Part shown: positions 58,996-64,000 of the stretch, piece by piece
Layout of the letters: every line of letters begins with the position of its first letter
How positions within the stretch are numbered: the first letter of the stretch is position 1
Assembly: GCA_016709725.1 (NCBI GenBank)
Contig: JADJMG010000007.1
Location: forward strand, 222,258 to 286,257
Source: Bacteroidota bacterium
GTDB taxonomy: Bacteria; Bacteroidota; Bacteroidia; AKYH767-A; OLB10
Direction of reading: 5' to 3'
Length of the DNA: 64,000 nt
Notes under the pieces: generated by a model
Databases searched by the model: none
What the model was told of the DNA's origin: nothing
The model's input: the letters and a program-made list of their open reading frames with translations, nothing else
Made by a program: the position numbers and the translations under genes

Positions 58996-59635
58996 ACCCA
59001 TCTCGCTGAGTCCGCGACTTTATTCTGGACTCCGTTGCCGAATGGAAAAGGCAAAGCGAATGCTACGCATTTTTTTGATTTTTTGAAATCTGCCTTTGGC
59101 AGAGCAGGAGAATAGGAGAATAGGAGTCCCGATAGCTATCGGGAGGGAGAGTGGGAGAAGGAAGATCAGTAAAATGGGCTGGGTGCTAGAATTTATGAGT
59201 TTCAAATGGACTAAATAAGATTTCCTAAAAATCAAAAGGCCTTCTTACAGGGCTTTAGCTTTGCATTGATTATTGATCCCGCCGGGAGTATCAAGTCTAG
59301 ACATGTTGAAGTCAACATGACTAGACTTTTTGGACCCATTTGCCTGAGTCCGCCACGTTGTTCTGGACTCCAAAGCCATCGTGAAAATAGAAAGCACTGC
59401 AGCTAAAGCTGCGAATTTAGTTTTTTGTCATCTGCTTTCATGCAAGCATGAGCAGATTTCCTGGGAATGTCTCGCCGCAAGCGTCGAGACGGACCCATCT
59501 CGCTCCGAATGGAAAAAGCAAAGCGAATGCTCCGCATTTTTTTGATTTTTTGAAATCTGCCAGCAAGCGAGCTTGCGCAGATTTCCTAAAAATCAAAAAG
59601 GCCCTCGTAGAGGGCCTTCGCTTTGCATTTACTAG
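58996..59635. repeat. Complex repeat region downstream of tRNA-Lys, containing partial duplicates of the tRNA 3' end and its flank, plus local direct repeats
   Basis: 59221-59292 (tttcctaaaaatcaaaaggcc...gatcccgccggga) duplicates 59575-59647 (tttcctaaaaatcaaaaaggccc...gatcccgctggga), which is the 3' end of tRNA-Lys plus its terminator. gacccatctcgct...cgaatggaaaa(a/g)gcaaagcgaatgct(a/c)cgcatttttttgattttttgaaatctgcc occurs at 58996 and at 59493; the first copy carries an extra 29-bp hairpin (gagtcc...ggactc), which is also present at 59346. The 18-bp palindrome TCCCGATAGCTATCGGGA is at 59127-59144. Confidence 0.8.
59590..59617 (-). terminator. Rho-independent terminator of tRNA-Lys
   Basis: ggccctctacgagggcc followed by tttttgattttt on the minus strand. 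Confidence 0.65.
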
Positions 59636-59708
59636 TGATCCCGCTGGGACTCGAACCCAGGGCCCATACATTAAAAGTGTATTGCTCTACCAACTGAGCT
59701 ACGGAATC
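59636..59708 (-). tRNA. tRNA-Lys (anticodon UUU)
   Basis: Reverse complement GATTCCGTAGCTCAGTTGGTAGAGCAATACACTTTTAATGTATGGGCCCTGGGTTCGAGTCCCAGCGGGATCA. Acceptor GATTCCG/CGGGATC, anticodon loop CTTTTAA. Confidence 0.9.
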
Positions 59709-59880
59709 GTTCCTAATTAAAATAGAATCATCTTAATCGGGGTTCAAAAATAGTCTTTCTCGTTTCATACAGACAAGGAAACAAGAAGTTTTTTTTAAAC
59801 ACATGTTAAATAATTGTTGTTTAACGACTTTGGTACTAATTCCAACTACTATTTCTTTATAACCTAAAGTGTTTAAGGTA

Positions 59881-61047
59881 TTATTCAACAACCGGACATC
59901 GTTCAAAGGGTAAACTGCGGTCAAATTGGTAACGGTAAGTTTGTAAGGTCCTCCAAAGTTGAGTATCAAGGTTTTCAGCAACTTTAATCATCTTGGGATT
60001 GAAATCTCCTATCCAGGTGATTACGAAATCTTTATAGTTGCCTCGCTGGTTAATGGAGATCTCACCTTCTACCACCAAGGCCGCCTCAACACCTTTTCCA
60101 TGCCACTCACGAACAACCCCAAATACCGCACCCACTAATCGAGTCGTAGTTCGACGCCACTTGTGATACAAGAATTTTATTTTGCCAATCGCATTCAAAT
60201 TGCCATTCACATGCTTGAAAATTTGGTTCAATTCCGGAATGCATAAAAACAATCCAATAGGAGCACCATCGTAGTAGGCAAAGATGATGGCATTGGGATC
60301 CATCACGGGCTTCATGGCCTTAAAAATTTTCTGTGAACCCGAGGTCGTCATGGGCTTGAAATGGGAATGTCCGCCCCAGGCTGCATTGTAAACGGTTTTG
60401 AAGTTTTCGGCTACCTCATCAATGTTCAGCCCGCGAATATTGGAAACGCTGAATTTGGGATCGGCTTTTAAGGTGTTGTATTTGCGATAGAAAATAGCTT
60501 GCGGTTTCACTTGTAAACTCCGCCAGTAAATATGCTGATTGAAGTAAACATCAAATCCATAGTTCATGAATAATTCTTGATAATAAGGCGGATTGTAGTT
60601 CATGGGGTAGATGCCCGGCTCATCCCAGTTGGTCACTTGGCAGCCCCAAAACTGACTGCGGTCGCCAAAGTTGATGGGGCCGTCCATCGCTTCCATGCCC
60701 TGTTTCTCGAGCCATTCTTTACCTGCATCAAAAAGAAAATTAGCCGCAGTTTGATCATGGATACATTCGAAAAATCCCAAACCGCCCGTCTTGAATTTGG
60801 TGGTGTCTACATCTTTCCGGTTGATGACGGCGGCTAAGCGTCCAATTTTTTCGCCTTTATCGTCCAATAAAATCCAGCGGATCGCCGTAGCTCCTTCTTT
60901 GTACAACTTGTTTTTTTGAGGATCAAAAACCTTTTCAATGTCCTGAATTAAATGAGGCACCCAATGCGGATCATTTTTGTAAATAGAGTAGGGCAAAAGA
61001 TGAAATTGATGAATAAGTTCTTTCCCCTCGACTACCTGTAAGCGCAT
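59881..61047 (-). CDS. Hypothetical protein (conserved-looking; possibly a double acyl-CoA N-acyltransferase-like fold)
   Basis: 388-aa ORF with globular composition. I do not recognise a family with confidence. Confidence 0.4.
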   Translation of the reverse strand: MRLQVVEGKELIHQFHLLPYSIYKNDPHWVPHLIQDIEKVFDPQKNKLYKEGATAIRWILLDDKGEKIGRLAAVINRKDVDTTKFKTGGLGFFECIHDQTAANFLFDAGKEWLEKQGMEAMDGPINFGDRSQFWGCQVTNWDEPGIYPMNYNPPYYQELFMNYGFDVYFNQHIYWRSLQVKPQAIFYRKYNTLKADPKFSVSNIRGLNIDEVAENFKTVYNAAWGGHSHFKPMTTSGSQKIFKAMKPVMDPNAIIFAYYDGAPIGLFLCIPELNQIFKHVNGNLNAIGKIKFLYHKWRRTTTRLVGAVFGVVREWHGKGVEAALVVEGEISINQRGNYKDFVITWIGDFNPKMIKVAENLDTQLWRTLQTYRYQFDRSLPFERCPVVE

Positions 61048-61236
61048 ACTTAATGTTTTTTTGCAAAGCTACCTAAATTAGTCTTTAGACTAATTTAGGT
61101 AATCCAGTAGGATAATCTTTTTTAAGATTTTTCCTACTGGATACCGATTTTCCTTTTTTACAATTTTTAATCCCTTCTAAGATGGATGTTAAGAACAAAA
61201 TGGCCCAATCATTAATCCTTTTTTTAGTTTTGCAAT

Positions 61237-61770
61237 ATGCAATCAAAAGTAGTCATCATCACAGGCGGTGGATCTGGCATCGGTAAAGCATGCGCTGCCA
61301 CCTTCTTAGCGCGCGGTTATCGTGTGGTGATCAGCGGTCGACGTATGGAGAAGTTGTTGGATGTAGTGAGTGAGTTTAAGAGTTCGTCGGAGCATTTGTT
61401 GGCGGTGCAGGCTGATGTGAGTGTAGAAGAAGATGCAAAACGTATTATTGATGCCACCTTCGCTAAGTTTGGGCGCATCGATGTGCTCATAAATAATGCT
61501 GGAATTTCTATGCGCGCTCTTTTCGAGGAGATGGATTTATCCGTATTAAAAAGATTGATGGATACTAATTTTTGGGGCGATGTGTATTGCACAAAGTATG
61601 CCTTGCCGCATTTATTGGAATCGAAAGGTAGTGTCGTGGGCATTTCATCCATCGCCGGAAAGAAAGGATTGCCCGGTCGAACAGGTTATTCAGCATCGAA
61701 GTTTGCATTAGAAGGATTTCTGGAAACACTTCGCATCGAAAATCTGAAAAAAGTGAAGAAAATAAAATGA
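61237..61770 (+). CDS. SDR-family oxidoreductase, N-terminal ~170 aa. The gene appears disrupted by a ~100-nt internal deletion plus a frameshift.
   Basis: TGGGSGIG is the Rossmann motif TGxxxGIG. NNAG and YSASK (the catalytic YxxxK) are present. It ends LRIENLKKVKKIK*, where classical SDRs continue with the ...PG.V.T... motif. Confidence 0.75.
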   Translation: MQSKVVIITGGGSGIGKACAATFLARGYRVVISGRRMEKLLDVVSEFKSSSEHLLAVQADVSVEEDAKRIIDATFAKFGRIDVLINNAGISMRALFEEMDLSVLKRLMDTNFWGDVYCTKYALPHLLESKGSVVGISSIAGKKGLPGRTGYSASKFALEGFLETLRIENLKKVKKIK

Positions 61771-61946
61771 TGTCCTCGCAAACCGTTGCCAACGAAATTG
61801 CAGAAGCGGTAAAGCATCGTAAACGCGATTTGGTGTTGACTTTTAATGGTCGATTGACCGTATGGCTGAATAAATTCTTTCCCGCCTTCATGGATAAACA
61901 AGTGTATAAGCACATGGCCAAAGAGCCAGGCTCTCCATTCAAATAA
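61767..61946 (+). CDS. SDR C-terminal segment. 59 aa, below the ORF-table size cutoff, in a different frame.
   Basis: MMSSQTVANEIAEAVKHRKRDLVLTFNGRLTVWLNKFFPAFMDKQVYKHMAKEPGSPFK resembles the C-terminal tail of YdfG-like SDRs. Only ~5 codons separate it from YSASK...LRIENLKK, whereas ~35-40 residues including the PG motif are expected. Confidence 0.5.
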   Translation: MMSSQTVANEIAEAVKHRKRDLVLTFNGRLTVWLNKFFPAFMDKQVYKHMAKEPGSPFK

Positions 61947-61973
61947 AATAAATAATAAAAAAAATAAAAAAGT

Positions 61974-62510
61974 ATGAATATGAAAAATTGGCTTTTATTG
62001 ATGGGCTTCTGTGTGGTGGTAGCCTGCACACGCCCACAAGTAGGATTGCAAGAGAAAATTTCGAAAGCAGAAACGGCACTCGATTTAGATTCAATACCAG
62101 TACCTAACAAAGAGAAAGCATCTGAGCTCATCCAAATGTATTTAGACTATGCCGATAATTACAAAGACGATACCTTATCGCCTTCGTATTTATTTAAAGC
62201 AGGCGAAATGAGTATTGCTGATGGAAAATTCGATCAATCGATTGAATTGTTCGGTCGCGTTCAACGTTATCCAAATTCCAACAAAGCAGGATCAGCTTTA
62301 TTCATGCAAGGCTTCGTAGCCGAAAATCATAAACAAGATATGGAGCAAGCCAAAGGATTTTATCAAAAATTCTTAGAGAAATATCCCGATCATGTATTGG
62401 CAAACGACTGCCGCATGTTGTTACAACAACTTAGTTTGAGTCCAGAAGCATTGATCAAGATGTTCGAAATGCAAAATGGAATGACAGTAAGTGATTCACT
62501 CCCTCAGTAA
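61974..62510 (+). CDS. Hypothetical lipoprotein with TPR-like helical repeats
   Basis: 178 aa. Lipobox MGFCVVVACT. Confidence 0.5.
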   Translation: MNMKNWLLLMGFCVVVACTRPQVGLQEKISKAETALDLDSIPVPNKEKASELIQMYLDYADNYKDDTLSPSYLFKAGEMSIADGKFDQSIELFGRVQRYPNSNKAGSALFMQGFVAENHKQDMEQAKGFYQKFLEKYPDHVLANDCRMLLQQLSLSPEALIKMFEMQNGMTVSDSLPQ

Positions 62511-62522
62511 AACATAGAGTGC

Positions 62523-63551
62523 ATGTCGGAAAAGAAATTAAATAAGAAGGAAAAATTTGCTGCGACAGCTAAAGCAAAGGAAAGCCATGTTTCCGCTCTA
62601 CCTTTAAAAAATGATTTTCCGAAATGGTGGGCGTGGCTGCCTGCACTTCTCGGTTTCATTGTGTATGCTAACACTTTGAATTTTGGATTTGTGTTAGATG
62701 ATTATGCTGCTATCCTCGAAAACACAAGCACTAAAAAAGGAATGGCTGCCCTTGGTGAAATTTTTAGCACCAGTTATCGCTATGGATATATTCTTTTAGC
62801 CGATGAGTTATATCGTCCTTTACCGAAAGCCATCTTCGCCATTTTCTGGGATTTGTTTCCAAACAATGCAACCCCTGGACACCTACTTAACGTACTCCTT
62901 TTTGCTTTCACCTGTTATTTTATTTTTCGTCTGATTTGTAAATGGTTTCCTCAGCAACAAAAATTAGCGTTACTCACATCCTTAATTTTTGCCGTTCATC
63001 CCATCCACACCGAAGTAGTGGCAAACATCAAAAGCTTAGATGAAATTTTATCCTTTCTCCTCTGCCTCCTGAGCCTCGATCAATATCTAACCTACAAAGA
63101 GAAGGGTAACATGTCTTCTATCTTTTTAGCCATGATTCTATTTTTCGCTGCGTTTCTCTGCAAAGAAAGCACCATAACATTCCTTCCCATATTTCCATTG
63201 TTTGTTTATTTCCGTTCGTCAACAAATCCATTTACCAACATTCGCATGTCCATCGTTGGTATGCAATGGATGCTAATTCCCACCATCATTTTCTTCCTGA
63301 TCCGACATAAAGTATTAAACAATTCCGATATGTTTTCGGCGGCACCACCCTCGGTAGCCGATAATGCTTTAATGTATGCCAAGGATTCGCTCACCCAATT
63401 ATCAGGAGCAGTAGCGATGTTGGGATTCTATTTATATAAATTGATAGTACCCCTAAATTTAAGTTTTGATTTATCTTATCCCGAAGTCACTCCGGCAGGA
63501 ATCAGCGATTGGAAATTTATTTTATCAGCGGTAGTTTTACTTTTCTATTAG
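62523..63551 (+). CDS. TMTC/DUF1736-like polytopic membrane protein (GT-C-like N-terminal domain), fragment 1. It continues after a 1-bp T-run indel.
   Basis: Multiple TM helices. It ends ...VVLLFY*. Adding one T at ~63548 gives ...LLFYLGWAIKGMKNR..., continuous with frame +2. Confidence 0.6.
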   Translation: MSEKKLNKKEKFAATAKAKESHVSALPLKNDFPKWWAWLPALLGFIVYANTLNFGFVLDDYAAILENTSTKKGMAALGEIFSTSYRYGYILLADELYRPLPKAIFAIFWDLFPNNATPGHLLNVLLFAFTCYFIFRLICKWFPQQQKLALLTSLIFAVHPIHTEVVANIKSLDEILSFLLCLLSLDQYLTYKEKGNMSSIFLAMILFFAAFLCKESTITFLPIFPLFVYFRSSTNPFTNIRMSIVGMQWMLIPTIIFFLIRHKVLNNSDMFSAAPPSVADNALMYAKDSLTQLSGAVAMLGFYLYKLIVPLNLSFDLSYPEVTPAGISDWKFILSAVVLLFY

Positions 63552-64000
63552 GATGGGCGATTAAAGGAATGAAAAATCGAAGCTCCTATAGTTTGGCTTT
63601 ATTCTTTTTCTTTATCACGGTAGCTGTTTCTTCCAATATCTTCATGCGCATTGGTACTCATTACGGTGAGCGTTTGATGTATGTGCCTTCTTTTAGTATT
63701 GTATTATTAATTTCCATATTGATCATTCATTTCCTCGAGAAGAAAGAATCATCTACAAAAAGTTTCACCATGCCAACGATGGTTGTCGCAGGTGTTATCG
63801 TTATTCTCTTTTCTGGACTCACCATAGCTCGCAATCCTGTTTGGGAAAGCAATGAGACCTTATACAACAGTGGATTGATCTCAGCACCTAATTCCGCGAG
63901 AGTGCATTATTACGTAGGTCTGTACAAAGTAAAAACCGATTATCTCGAAACACTTCCTGAAAAGGATCGAGATGCTGCTTTCAACGACGGCGTGGTCCAT
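63549..64000 (+). CDS. TMTC/DUF1736-like membrane protein, fragment 2. The ORF is open to the window end.
   Basis: The frame stays open to the end: GWAIKGMKNRSSYSLALFFFFITVAVSSNIFMRIGTHYGERLMYVPSF...ARNPVWESNETLYNSGLISAPNSARVHYYVGL. The TM segments are followed by the start of a TPR region. Confidence 0.5.

Noticed and set aside
58996-59110. tmRNA or RNase P RNA in the repeat region near tRNA-Lys (the gagtccgcgac... and ...ttctggactc segments resemble tmRNA/RNase P fragments)
   Set aside because: It has no tRNA-like 3' domain (GGTTCGAntCC...CCA context) and no P4 or ANAA motifs. The same sequence is a dispersed repeat with hairpin insertions, not a single structured RNA.
59438-59720. ORFs 59438-59671 (-) and 59448-59720 (+)
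   Set aside because: They overlap the tRNA-Lys gene and its duplicated flank. The amino-acid composition is driven by the repeats.
58808-59880. Integrated prophage or genomic island at tRNA-Lys
   Set aside because: A duplicated tRNA 3' end is present, but the two copies are only ~280 bp apart and no integrase, excisionase or phage genes lie nearby. At most this is an excision scar.

Overview
This is a low-GC Bacteroidetes chromosomal segment (Flavobacteriia/Cytophagia-like). The main evidence is many secreted proteins that end in a type IX secretion (T9SS/Por) C-terminal sorting domain, a TonB-dependent receptor paired with a DUF4249 lipoprotein, and an ECF sigma/anti-sigma pair.

Contents, left to right:
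- Exopolysaccharide locus on the minus strand: Wzx-like flippase (partial), Wzc-like chain-length determinant / BY-kinase, sugar phosphotransferase, a CheY-like response regulator and a hybrid sensor kinase.
- kdsA and rlmI.
- Two large T9SS cargo proteins: an M1 aminopeptidase and a SprB-repeat protein.
- MarR regulator with a DASS anion transporter, and a YceI protein.
- An operon of ECF sigma, anti-sigma and a GT9 heptosyltransferase, divergent from a 2494-aa beta-helix T9SS giant.
- phoH, purC, a plsC-like acyltransferase.
- Arginine/polyamine cluster: speA-like decarboxylase divergent from an agmatinase, then an OafA-like acyltransferase cassette, then argS.
- TerC-family membrane protein, tRNA-Pro(GGG), a TonB-dependent receptor, a trypsin-like lipoprotein protease, an AlbA_2/HTH protein, an AraC regulator, a sensor histidine kinase, tRNA-Lys(UUU), an SDR oxidoreductase and a TMTC-like TPR membrane protein.

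Two things stand out. First, at least 11 genes are interrupted by 1-bp indels located in homopolymer runs. I could reconstruct an intact reading frame by hand in each case, so this is most likely a sequencing or assembly artifact rather than biology. Second, the intergenic regions next to both tRNA genes are full of repeats: a 4.5-unit tandem array of a ~130-bp unit next to tRNA-Pro that carries degenerate tRNA 3'-end-like segments and terminator hairpins, partial duplicates of the tRNA-Lys 3' end and its flank, and a recurring 18-bp perfect palindrome. I found no canonical defense system, CRISPR array or integrase.
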